Shown piece by piece: positions 8,622 to 16,639 of a DNA stretch of 64,000 bases. The notes beneath the pieces were generated by a model. The model saw only the letters and a program-made list of their open reading frames with translations, searched no databases and was not told the origin of the DNA. How positions within the stretch are numbered: position 1 is the first letter of the stretch; every line of letters begins with the position of its first letter. The translations under genes were made by a program, and so were the position numbers. The DNA comes from Gemmatimonadales bacterium (GTDB lineage Bacteria > Gemmatimonadota > Gemmatimonadetes > Gemmatimonadales > GWC2-71-9): contig DASQPE010000099.1 of the NCBI GenBank assembly GCA_035644115.1, positions 319-64,318 of the forward strand. Direction: 5' to 3'.

Positions 8622-9782
8622 TTAACCCAGGGACGACCTTCCCATAGGCCCCAGGTCATAGCCTGGCTCCGACGCCGCCTCCAGAAACCGCAAGAGGGTG
8701 GATTCTTCCTGGCTCATCCCGGGTTTGCGCCGTCCCTCGGCGCTCCTGGTCCACAGGTCGCGCAACACCGGGTCCTGGTAGGCGCCCAGCACTGCCGGGT
8801 GGATGTAGGACTTCCGGCAGACGGCAACGGTGTTGCCCAGCTCACGGGCGACCAGCTCGATGGCGGCCACGACCGCCGACTTGCCCGCCCGCTTCGCCTT
8901 GGCGGCGTGCGCCTGGGTCAGGCCACGCACCGCGACCAGCGTTCCGCCCCAGGTGCGGAAATCCTTCGCCGTGAAGTCATCGTCCGACGTGCGCCGCAGA
9001 TACTGGTTGACGTCCGCCGATTCGATCGGCTGCGGCTCGTCCTGGTCGTCCAGGTATTGGAACAGCTCCTGGCCCGGGAGATCCCGGCATCGCTTCACCA
9101 TGCGAGCCAGTCGCCGATCGGTCACCTGGATCGCGTGGACCTTCCCCCCTTTGCCCCGGAAGTTGAGCCGGACCCTCGCACCCTCGATCTCGACGTGCCG
9201 CCCCCGCAGCGTGGTGAGCCCGAAGGAGCCGTTGGCTCGAGCGTATTCCTCGTTGCCTACCCGAATGAACGTGGTTTCCAGCAGGCGGACGATCATGGCC
9301 AGCAGCTTGTCGCGGGGCAGGCCCGCAAGCGCGAGGTCGTCCTTGACGCGAGCCCGAATCCGGGGCAACGTGCTGCCGAACAGGACCATTCGACCGTACT
9401 TGTTTTCGTCGCGAACCTCGCGCCACCGGCGGTGGTACCGGTACTGCTTCCGCCCCCGGGCATCGCGCCCGGTCGCCTGGAGATGACCGGCGGCGAGCGG
9501 GCTGATCCAGACGTCGGTCCATGCCGGAGGGACAGCGAGTGCCCGTATTCGGGTGAGAGTGGGACGGTCCCGGACCCACTGGCCGTCGGGCCCGAGATAG
9601 GCGAAACCCTGGCCGGCGCGGCGCCGCCGAATGCCTGGCCGGGCGTCGCTCACGTATCGAAGCGATGCGGCCTTGGCGGCCTCGGACGGCTCCGAGTAGC
9701 GTCCGATCGTGTTTGCCTTGCTGGTTCGTCGCTTCCTCGTGACCGTTGCCATGGCGATATGTCCACCGCTCCTCTGCCACAT
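8622..9782 (-). CDS. DNA topoisomerase IB
   Basis: Track ORF. Bacterial TopIB pattern: PPAWTDVWI, QATGRDARGRKQYRYH, FRGKGGK and DFTAKDFRTWGGT. An alternative start is ATG at 9752 (MATVTRKRR). Confidence 0.9.
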   Translation of the reverse strand: MWQRSGGHIAMATVTRKRRTSKANTIGRYSEPSEAAKAASLRYVSDARPGIRRRRAGQGFAYLGPDGQWVRDRPTLTRIRALAVPPAWTDVWISPLAAGHLQATGRDARGRKQYRYHRRWREVRDENKYGRMVLFGSTLPRIRARVKDDLALAGLPRDKLLAMIVRLLETTFIRVGNEEYARANGSFGLTTLRGRHVEIEGARVRLNFRGKGGKVHAIQVTDRRLARMVKRCRDLPGQELFQYLDDQDEPQPIESADVNQYLRRTSDDDFTAKDFRTWGGTLVAVRGLTQAHAAKAKRAGKSAVVAAIELVARELGNTVAVCRKSYIHPAVLGAYQDPVLRDLWTRSAEGRRKPGMSQEESTLLRFLEAASEPGYDLGPMGRSSLG

Positions 9783-9805
9783 GGGATCTTGCGAGCCTGA
9801 GCCTG

Positions 9806-10165
9806 ATGCGTGAACAACTGGTCTTCGCCGGAATCGGCCTCCTGTCGGTGGTGGTCGGCGCGCCCCTGGTGGGCCGACGCATTCCGCGGAACCGCTGGTA
9901 TGGCTTACGGATACCGGCGACGCTCGCGGACGACCAGGTATGGTACGAGGCCAACGCGGCCACCGGCCGTGATCTGATCGTGGTTGGCGGCGTGCTCCTG
10001 GTCGTGGCCCTCGCGCTGCCCCGCATGGGATTTACCGACCCCCCAACGTATAGCGCTGTGTGCGGAGTGGTGTTTGCCGCCGGCTCCATCGTCGCGACGG
10101 TACGGGGTTGGCGACTGGCCAATCGCCTGCTGCGGGAGCGTCGATCGGCCGGGAGCGGCCACTGA
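9806..10165 (+). CDS. SdpI/YhfL-family membrane protein
   Basis: ATG 9806 is in frame with track ORF 9746..10165. IPRNRWYGLRIPATLADDQVWYEAN is the SdpI-family signature, flanked by TM helices. Confidence 0.7.
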   Translation: MREQLVFAGIGLLSVVVGAPLVGRRIPRNRWYGLRIPATLADDQVWYEANAATGRDLIVVGGVLLVVALALPRMGFTDPPTYSAVCGVVFAAGSIVATVRGWRLANRLLRERRSAGSGH

Positions 10166-10177
10166 GCCCGCTCCGTG

Positions 10178-10217
10178 CTCGCCTGACGCTGCCCTTGCTC
10201 GCCTGACGCTGCCCTTG
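10178..10217. repeat. perfect 20-bp tandem duplication (CTCGCCTGACGCTGCCCTTG x2)
   Basis: Read directly in the intergenic DNA downstream of the SdpI-like gene stop. Confidence 0.9.
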
Positions 10218-10268
10218 CGCCAGGCCCCTGACGGCGCAACTTAGGCGTCCTCCACTGCGGAGACCTGC

Positions 10269-10670
10269 TTGGCGAACGAGGTGGTCGCGCGCTACATCGA
10301 CGGTCGCCTGGTCAAGGGCACCTGTCTGGATGTGGACCCCGGCCGTCCGACCTGTCACATCAAGCCGGCGGCACCGGGCAAGATGGTCGAGGTGAAGCTG
10401 GCTGACCTCAAGGCGCTCTTCTTCGTCAAGGACTTCGCCGGCGACTCGGCCCACAAGGAGGGCAACGCCGTCGACCCCGGAGACGACCGCACGCTCGGCT
10501 TTGCCGCCATCGAGCTTCAGTTCAAGGATGGCGAGAAGATCGTCGGGCTGACGGCCCGGTTTCCCCCGGTCCGGCCGTTCTTCTTCGTGCTCCCGGCCGA
10601 CTCCGCCAGCAATAACATCCGGATCCTGGTCAACCGGGCCGCGGTGGTCAGTCTCAGCCAGCCCCGGTGA
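10269..10670 (+). CDS. hypothetical protein
   Basis: Track ORF with a TTG start preceded by GGAG and GC-rich third positions. Its stop overlaps the next GTG start. I cannot name a family with confidence. Confidence 0.55.
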   Translation: MANEVVARYIDGRLVKGTCLDVDPGRPTCHIKPAAPGKMVEVKLADLKALFFVKDFAGDSAHKEGNAVDPGDDRTLGFAAIELQFKDGEKIVGLTARFPPVRPFFFVLPADSASNNIRILVNRAAVVSLSQPR

Positions 10671-11122
10671 CCCGGTCACGCATCTACTCGAAGCAGTTCG
10701 CGGTGCCGGTCGACGCGATCGACGTCAACGGGCACGTGAACAATCTCGCCTACGTGGAGTGGATGCAGCAGATCGCGATCGAGCACTCGGCGGCCGCCGG
10801 GTGGCCGATGGCGCGATATCTCGAGCTCGGCGTGGGCTGGGTGGTCCGGTCGCACTTCATCGAGTATCTGCGGCCTGCGTTCGAGGGCGAGCTGCTGAGC
10901 GTACACACCTGGGTACCGCGGTTCGACCAGCGCGCCACGCCGAGGCGATACCTCTTCGTACGCGACGCCGACCGGCGCATCCTGGCTCAGGCCGAGACCC
11001 ACTGGGTCTTCGTGGATCTCGGAAGCGGTCGGCGCAGACCCCTTCCACCGGAGTTGATCGCCGGCTTCGACGTGGTCGCCGATGACGCCGAAGTTCGCCG
11101 AGCGCTCGGCCTCGGGGCGTGA
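10667..11122 (+). CDS. acyl-CoA thioesterase, YbgC/4HBT family
   Basis: Track ORF. VDAIDVNGHVNNLAYVEWMQ... is the canonical 4HBT hotdog motif. Confidence 0.85.
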   Translation: MTRSRIYSKQFAVPVDAIDVNGHVNNLAYVEWMQQIAIEHSAAAGWPMARYLELGVGWVVRSHFIEYLRPAFEGELLSVHTWVPRFDQRATPRRYLFVRDADRRILAQAETHWVFVDLGSGRRRPLPPELIAGFDVVADDAEVRRALGLGA

Positions 11123-11203
11123 GTGTCCCGCGCCGGCGCCCCTCTTCTGCTCTACCCGTTCCGCTGGCATTTTAGTCCGAGCCGCTTCTGGAGGGGTGCC
11201 GGG

Positions 11204-11674
11204 ATGACTCTGATCGATCTTCGTACCGTCGCGGTGTTTCACCGTGTCGAAGTCGAACCCGCCCCTGCCGGGGTGACCCCGGCCGACGGCTCGCTGGTTC
11301 GTTGGCTGCTTGAGCAGCTGCGGCGCAGAGCCGACTTTCAGGTCGACGAACCGGTTCACGTGGAACGAGGCGCGTTCATCCCGGTGCGCCACGGTCGGGC
11401 CGAATATCGTTTGAGCGTGGTCAAAGAAGAGCCACCCAGCTCCGCCTGGGTGCTGGAGGTCCAGGATCCTCCCCGCTTTCTCGCCGGCCGCTGGGAGCGT
11501 CGCGAGCCTCAAGCCCATCGCGAATTGATCGAGCTGGTCCATGACGCGTTGCGCGGCGGCACCGGCATTCGCGACCTCGCCTGGCACTACCGGCCCGCGT
11601 ACGAACGCGGCGACCCCTCGACCAGCGCCCCCACGCCGGCCGGACAGGGGGCCGCAGCAGCACATCCCCACTAA
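11204..11674 (+). CDS. hypothetical protein (156 aa)
   Basis: ATG 11204 is in frame with track ORF 11123..11674 and is preceded by GGAGGGG. No recognisable domain. Confidence 0.5.
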   Translation: MTLIDLRTVAVFHRVEVEPAPAGVTPADGSLVRWLLEQLRRRADFQVDEPVHVERGAFIPVRHGRAEYRLSVVKEEPPSSAWVLEVQDPPRFLAGRWERREPQAHRELIELVHDALRGGTGIRDLAWHYRPAYERGDPSTSAPTPAGQGAAAAHPH

Positions 11675-11696
11675 TAGCGCATCCCAGGGAGGCCGC

Positions 11697-12122
11697 ATGG
11701 GATCTTCAGTTGATAGCGCGGGCAGTCCCCAGTTGCAGTGGATCAAGACCGGTCTGAAAGCCGCCGAGACTCACGTGCGCCGCCTCCGCAAGGCGGATAC
11801 GTGGGCTATCGTCGTCGGCACGGGCGCGAGCTCGATGGCGGCATTCATTGCCGGCGTGACTGCGGTGCAACAGCGCCCTCTGGTCACCGGCACCTGGGCG
11901 TCCACCTGCGCTGTGGCGGCCGGGCTGAGCCTCGCGGCAGCCCTGTCAACCGGGTTGCACAAGGGGCTGGGCATCTCCGACCGGTTGACGAAGGCTTCCG
12001 CCTGCACCGGCAAGCTGCGGGCGCTGGACATCGCCGCGACGATGAGCGGCCAGGCGCCCCCGGACCTCGCCCGCGAGTGCGAGCAGGTTGCCGCCGAGTA
12101 TCCCGACTTTCTGACGACCTGA
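11697..12122 (+). CDS. two-TM hypothetical protein, SLATT/DUF4231-like topology
   Basis: ATG 11697 is in frame with track ORF 11541..12122 and is preceded by GGGAGG. Layout is an N-terminal helix, two hydrophobic helices (WAIVVGTGASSMAAFIAGV; WASTCAVAAGLSLAAALSTGL) and a C-terminal helical tail. Confidence 0.5.
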   Translation: MGSSVDSAGSPQLQWIKTGLKAAETHVRRLRKADTWAIVVGTGASSMAAFIAGVTAVQQRPLVTGTWASTCAVAAGLSLAAALSTGLHKGLGISDRLTKASACTGKLRALDIAATMSGQAPPDLARECEQVAAEYPDFLTT

Positions 12123-12137
12123 CCGACCGCGGACGCG

Positions 12138-12608
12138 ATGCGACCCACCCCTCGACCGATGGGCGCGGCTGCCCTGCTCCTGCTGCTCGGGCTCTGGGGC
12201 CGACCGGCATCGGCACAGCGGGCGGCCTTCCCGGACGACTTCCTCGGGCTGACCCGGTGCGAGGCGGGGCGCCCCGTGACCCGGCTGCGGCCCGACGTGC
12301 GGGACTCCCTGCTGCGGGAGCAGCTCGAGGTGCACGAAGCGGTCCATCGGCGGCAGTCGGACCAGTTCGGCAGCTGCGAGGCGTTCATGGCGAGCCTCGG
12401 CTCCGCCCGACGGATCATCGAAGTCGAGCTACCGGCCTACTGCGCGCAATGGCGAGTCGCGGTCCGACAAGGCGCCGACTCCTCGGCCACGCGGCGGGAC
12501 TTTGCCTGGCGCATCGCCGCCCAATCCGGCGCGATGGAAAATCGCCTCGAGATCCTGCAGCGGCTGGAGCGCGAGTGCCCGGTGCGCCCTGATCAGCCGC
12601 CGCCGTGA
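12138..12608 (+). CDS. small secreted protein with HExxH motif
   Basis: Track ORF with signal peptide MGAAALLLLLGLWGRPASAQ. Contains HEAVH (LEVHEAVHRRQ) and four Cys residues. Confidence 0.55.
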   Translation: MRPTPRPMGAAALLLLLGLWGRPASAQRAAFPDDFLGLTRCEAGRPVTRLRPDVRDSLLREQLEVHEAVHRRQSDQFGSCEAFMASLGSARRIIEVELPAYCAQWRVAVRQGADSSATRRDFAWRIAAQSGAMENRLEILQRLERECPVRPDQPPP

Positions 12609-12626
12609 AAAGCAGCGCGAACCGCC

Positions 12627-12995
12627 TCAGCCCTCCGGCGGACTGGTCGTCGGGCTGCGGGGAGGCGCGTACGCCCCACTATCCGACGACGGCGGCGCGT
12701 AGGTTCCGCTGTCCGACCGCGGCGGCGCGTAGCTGCCACTGTCCGGCGGAGCGTACATCCCGCTGTCCGAGCGCGGGGGAGCGTAGCTGCTGGTGGTGTC
12801 GGCCGGCATCACCTGGCCGCTCTCGATGCCGCCGGATGTGTCGGCAGCGGTAGAGCTATCCTTCTGGCTGGACACCGCTCCTGTGTCGCTGGCGGTCGGA
12901 CTGGGCTGCTGCTGGGCCCGGACCACCTGCGTCGCACTCAGGGCCAGGAGGCCGAGGGCGACGCCGACAATCGCGGGTCGAGTATTGATGCGCAT
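12627..12995 (-). CDS. secreted low-complexity repeat protein
   Basis: ATG 12995 is in frame with track ORF 12627..13130 and is preceded by AAGGAGG. Signal peptide MRINTRPAIVGVALGLLALSATQVVRAQ. The C-terminus holds five YAPP(R/S/D)SDSG-type repeats. Confidence 0.6.
   Translation of the reverse strand: MRINTRPAIVGVALGLLALSATQVVRAQQQPSPTASDTGAVSSQKDSSTAADTSGGIESGQVMPADTTSSYAPPRSDSGMYAPPDSGSYAPPRSDSGTYAPPSSDSGAYAPPRSPTTSPPEG
12654..12788 (-). repeat. tandem ~30-nt (10-codon) coding repeats, about 5 copies
   Basis: SYAPPRSDSG / MYAPPDSG / SYAPPRSDSG / TYAPPSSDSG / AYAPPRS read from the translation. The periodicity is also visible in the DNA. Confidence 0.8.
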
Positions 12996-13093
12996 GATTG
13001 GTAGCCTCCTTGGGAATTCGACGAGACGCGCGGTCATTCGCGAGACATCGGTCCGTTGCTTCCCTAGCCTAGGGGGCGTGACAGGGGGCCGCT

Positions 13094-13615
13094 GTGACCC
13101 GACACTGGTCGACACCCCGAACTGGCTCACATGATCCCCGCGCGCTGGAATTGATCACTCTGCTGGGGCTCGCCCCGCATCCGGAGGGGGGCTATTTCCG
13201 GGAGGTCTTTCGAGCGCGGGCAACGGTCGAGCCGGCCGACGGCCGCGGCAGCCGGTCGGCTCTGACCGCGATCTATTTTCTGCTGCCCGGCGGTGCGGTG
13301 AGCCGCTGGCACCGGGTCCGTTCGGATGAAGTGTGGCACCATTCGGAGGGCGCCCCATTGGAGCTGCTCCAGCTGTCCGCCGACGGAGCTCGGCTGGATC
13401 GGATGCGACTGGGTCCCTATCAGCCGGACCAGAAGCCGGCTCACTGCGTCCCTGCCGGGATCTGGCAAGCCGCGCGATCGCTCGGCCGGTACACACTGGT
13501 CGTCTGTACCGTGGGACCGGGCTTCGAGTACGCCGATTTCGAGCTGCTGGCCGACCGGCCGGACCTCGCCGGCCGGCTCAGCCGGATCCACCCCGACGTG
13601 CGCGCGTTTCTGTGA
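13094..13615 (+). CDS. cupin domain protein (DUF985 family)
   Basis: Track ORF. LGLAPHPEGGYFREVFR...SAIYFLL...SRWHRVRSDEVWHHSEG is the DUF985 cupin signature. The start codon is uncertain. Confidence 0.8.
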   Translation: MTRHWSTPRTGSHDPRALELITLLGLAPHPEGGYFREVFRARATVEPADGRGSRSALTAIYFLLPGGAVSRWHRVRSDEVWHHSEGAPLELLQLSADGARLDRMRLGPYQPDQKPAHCVPAGIWQAARSLGRYTLVVCTVGPGFEYADFELLADRPDLAGRLSRIHPDVRAFL

Positions 13616-14007
13616 GAATCCTGTCCTGGCTCGCGCGAGCTCTGAGCTTGGGGGCAAGCGTCGGCCTAGGCGCCTGCGTAGACAATCTCGCGATCTGCGT
13701 AGACTCCGGCTCGGAAGCCGCTATCGTGGTGCAGATCAGCGATGCGATCACTGGTGCACCGCTCGGCGCCGGTGCGCGGGGGGTGATCACCGACGGCGGC
13801 TATGTCGATTCCCTCCGGCCGCAGAGCCCTGATGCGTCCGGTCGCGCTCCCGCGCTCGTGGCCGGCGTGGGCCGGCCCGGAACCTACGATGTGACGGTAT
13901 TCCACTCCGGATACCGGAGCTGGCGGGCAACCAATGTCGTGGTGGGCACCAACAGCTGTGGCCTGGCCGGCAGGATCCTGCACGCCAACCTCGAGGCGCA
14001 GCCCTGA
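13612..14007 (+). CDS. lipoprotein with carboxypeptidase-regulatory-like (Ig-like) domain
   Basis: GTG 13612 overlaps the upstream stop (GTGA). Lipobox LGAC. Beta-rich sequence (IVVQISDAITGAPL...GTYDVTVFHSGYRSW). Confidence 0.55.
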   Translation: MRILSWLARALSLGASVGLGACVDNLAICVDSGSEAAIVVQISDAITGAPLGAGARGVITDGGYVDSLRPQSPDASGRAPALVAGVGRPGTYDVTVFHSGYRSWRATNVVVGTNSCGLAGRILHANLEAQP

Positions 14008-14179
14008 ATCGCGTCGGCTCAGGTCGCCGAACGGCACACGGCTCTTTTCAACCTTCGCCGCCTTACCCAGCTTGTCGGATCGACGTCTCGCAGGGAGGCA
14101 AACCCATGTCTACCGGCGCCGGCCGCAAACCCGAGCAGCGGCCCGAAGCTTGAACCCGGACCCGCGGAGGCTCGCGGCC

Positions 14180-14614
14180 ATGCGAGAACCGGCAGAGCAC
14201 ACGGCCGAAGACGCCACCCCCGGCGAGCTCTGGCGGGCGAGTCTCCGGCTGCTGCTCATGCTCGCCGCGCTGGCGCTCCTGGTGGTACCGGTGATTCGCG
14301 ACCTTCCGCTGGGCCAGACCACGCGAACCGGCATGCTGGCCTGGCTGCTCGTGGCACTATCGCTGTACTGGCTATGGGGCGGAATGGGATACCGGCCGCT
14401 GCTTCTGCTTCAGTTGCTGGTCTTCTCGGGCGCCGCCGCGCTGCTCAGCCTGAAGCTGCTGCTCGTCGTCGTGGACGTGCACCGGTTGAGCGTGTTGCAG
14501 CGGGTAGCGCGCGCGCTCATCCTGGTTGGCGCCGCGTTCGCCGGGCTCAACCTGAGTGCGATGCTGGTTGCGTTGCTTCGACGATGGAGCCGACGGTCTG
14601 CCCAGCGGCAATGA
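14180..14614 (+). CDS. hypothetical polytopic membrane protein
   Basis: ATG 14180 is in frame with track ORF 13934..14614. Four Leu-rich hydrophobic segments. Confidence 0.5.
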   Translation: MREPAEHTAEDATPGELWRASLRLLLMLAALALLVVPVIRDLPLGQTTRTGMLAWLLVALSLYWLWGGMGYRPLLLLQLLVFSGAAALLSLKLLLVVVDVHRLSVLQRVARALILVGAAFAGLNLSAMLVALLRRWSRRSAQRQ

Positions 14615-14626
14615 TGAGCCAGCCTG

Positions 14627-15091
14627 ATGCCCAAAGCCGCTGCGGGACTCCTGCTCTATCGCCGTCGCCCGGCCGGGCTCGAGGTTCTGCTGGCCCATCC
14701 GGGAGGCCCGTTCTGGTCCCGTAAGGATCTCGGCGCATGGTCGATCCCGAAAGGCGAGATCGACCCGGGCGAGGATCCGGTCGCCGCCGCCCGGCGGGAA
14801 TTCCGGGAGGAGATCGGGCTCGACGTCACCGGGCCGCTCCACCCGCTGGGACAGCGCAAGCAGGCCAGCGGAAAGCTGGTTCAGATCTGGGCCGCCGAGG
14901 GAGACTTCGATCCGGCCCAGTTGCAAAGCAACCTGTTCGAGCTGGAATGGCCTAAGAGCTCCGGTCGGATCCAGGCGTTCCCCGAGGTGGATCGGGCCGC
15001 GTGGTTCGAGCTGGATGAGGCCCGGCGCCGGATTCTCCCGGGCCAGGCGCCGTTTCTGGACGCGTTGGCCGCCTTCGTGGATCAGCCGTAG
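14627..15091 (+). CDS. NUDIX hydrolase
   Basis: Track ORF with Nudix box GEIDPGEDPVAAARREFREEIGL. Confidence 0.85.
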   Translation: MPKAAAGLLLYRRRPAGLEVLLAHPGGPFWSRKDLGAWSIPKGEIDPGEDPVAAARREFREEIGLDVTGPLHPLGQRKQASGKLVQIWAAEGDFDPAQLQSNLFELEWPKSSGRIQAFPEVDRAAWFELDEARRRILPGQAPFLDALAAFVDQP

Positions 15092-15129
15092 ATTGCACGG
15101 CGAACGGCCTTTGTGTGGGAGGTGGCCCT

Positions 15130-15282
15130 ATGATCCGGAAACTCTCCACCGGCGTATATCGGCTTTACTCGAGGAAGAAGGATCCCAAGACCGGACGCCG
15201 GAGGAATCTCGGCACGTTCAGGAGCCGGCGGGCCGCCGAGCAGCACGAGCGAGCCGTGCAGTTATTCAAGCAGCGCGGCTGA
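15130..15282 (+). CDS. small basic protein (50 aa)
   Basis: Below the track cut-off, read by eye. GGGAGG upstream of ATG 15130. MIRKLSTGVYRLYSRKKDPKTGRRRNLGTFRSRRAAEQHERAVQLFKQRG resembles a widespread small conserved protein. Confidence 0.5.
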   Translation: MIRKLSTGVYRLYSRKKDPKTGRRRNLGTFRSRRAAEQHERAVQLFKQRG

Positions 15283-15293
15283 GCGGCCCGGCG

Positions 15294-15617
15294 ATGGAGC
15301 GGATCGGACGAGTCGAAGCCGGGACGGCAATCTGCGCCTTGTGCCACGAAGCCATTCAGCCGGGCGCGGACGCAGTCGTGACGCCCGACTTCCTCGCCGA
15401 CGAGGCCGACCCGTTCTTTCCCTTCTCAGACGCCAGCATGCATCGCGCCTGCTTTGACCTGTGGGACCAGCGGAAGATGTTCGTGGCTCACTTCAACCAC
15501 ATCGCGCGGTTCTTCCGCGCCGAAGACGGGACCTATCTGCAGATGACCGCCGAGGGCGAGCTGGTCCAGCGTCAGGGCGATGCGCCGGCACGGGGCGACG
15601 GCCCCGCGCTGGCGTGA
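15294..15617 (+). CDS. hypothetical Cys/His-containing protein
   Basis: ATG 15294 is in frame with track ORF 15015..15617. CALCHEAI...MHRAC suggests a small metal-binding knuckle. No family recognised. Confidence 0.45.
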   Translation: MERIGRVEAGTAICALCHEAIQPGADAVVTPDFLADEADPFFPFSDASMHRACFDLWDQRKMFVAHFNHIARFFRAEDGTYLQMTAEGELVQRQGDAPARGDGPALA

Positions 15618-15624
15618 GCCCGGC

Positions 15625-16029
15625 ATGAGAGGCGTCGGAGGCACGCCGGGAGGCCTCCCCCCTTTTCTCGCCGGGGCCGCCATGGTCGTCGCCGGGGGCT
15701 ACCTGCTGCTCGTCCGGGTTACCGTGACCAGCGGCTACTGGGCCTTCTGGGGCTACAATGCGTTTGGCCTGTCCCTGGTGCCTCTCCTCGCCGGGATCGG
15801 CGTGCTGTTCTTCAACGGCCGGTCGCTGCTCGGCTGGACCCTCACCGCCGCGGGCGCCCTGATCATCCTGGCCGGCATCGTCGCCAACCTCCACATCTAT
15901 TTCCAACCGACCTCCCTCTTCGACACCCTCCTCATGCTCGGCCTCCTGGCAGGCGGACTCGGCCTGGTGGCGCGCTCGCTCCGGCCGCAGGGTCCCGACG
16001 TGGCCCGCGACGATTCCTGGACCGCCTGA
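15625..16029 (+). CDS. hypothetical polytopic membrane protein
   Basis: ATG 15625 is in frame with track ORF 15580..16029. Four hydrophobic helices. Confidence 0.55.
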   Translation: MRGVGGTPGGLPPFLAGAAMVVAGGYLLLVRVTVTSGYWAFWGYNAFGLSLVPLLAGIGVLFFNGRSLLGWTLTAAGALIILAGIVANLHIYFQPTSLFDTLLMLGLLAGGLGLVARSLRPQGPDVARDDSWTA

Positions 16030-16167
16030 GGACGCGGGTTGAAACGCTCCTCGCGGGGATTGCGTTGTCATCGCGCGAAGTGAACCATGGAGCAGCCGGC
16101 CGGAGCCCACGCTCTGTGATCTGTGCCGCGCCCGCGGACCAACGCTGCACCAGGAGAGCTCGTCCTT

Positions 16168-16626
16168 ATGTCGCCCAAAGTCAGCCCGATTCCTCCGGGC
16201 CGCCCCCAGCTCAACCCCTATCTCATCGTCAAGAGCGCCGCTGACGCTATCGAGTTCTATCGCAAGGCGTTCGGCGCGACCGAACTGACCCGCTTCGTCG
16301 ATACCGGCGGCAGGATTGGACACGCCGAGCTCGAGATCGGCGATTCCCGCGTCATGCTGTCGGACGAGTATCCCGAGATGGGCATCCTGAGCCCCCTCAG
16401 TCTGGGCGGCTCGCCGGTTTTCATCCATCTCTACGTAGACAACGTGGACACGGTCGCGCGGCAGGCCATCGCCGGCGGCGCCATCGTTGTGCGCCCGGTC
16501 GAGAACCAGTTTTACGGTGACCGCGGCGGCAAGCTGCAGGACCCTTTCGGTCACATCTGGTGGATTGCCAGCCGGGTCGAGGAGGTCTCGCCGGAAGAAT
16601 CCCAGCGGCGGGCCGCCGCGCTGTGA
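16168..16626 (+). CDS. VOC family protein (PhnB-like)
   Basis: ATG 16168 is in frame with track ORF 16123..16626. LNPYLIVKSAADAIEFYRKAFGA...HAELEIGDSRVMLSDE...FYGDRGGKLQDPFGHIWWI is the PhnB-like pattern. Confidence 0.85.
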   Translation: MSPKVSPIPPGRPQLNPYLIVKSAADAIEFYRKAFGATELTRFVDTGGRIGHAELEIGDSRVMLSDEYPEMGILSPLSLGGSPVFIHLYVDNVDTVARQAIAGGAIVVRPVENQFYGDRGGKLQDPFGHIWWIASRVEEVSPEESQRRAAAL

Positions 16627-16639
16627 GGGAGGTCCCCGC

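Noticed and set aside
12605-12853. Plus-strand 82-aa ORF over the decapeptide-repeat region
   Set aside because: It is antisense to a gene with a strong RBS, a signal peptide and coherent repeats. The plus-strand translation is Cys/Arg-rich and has no start context.
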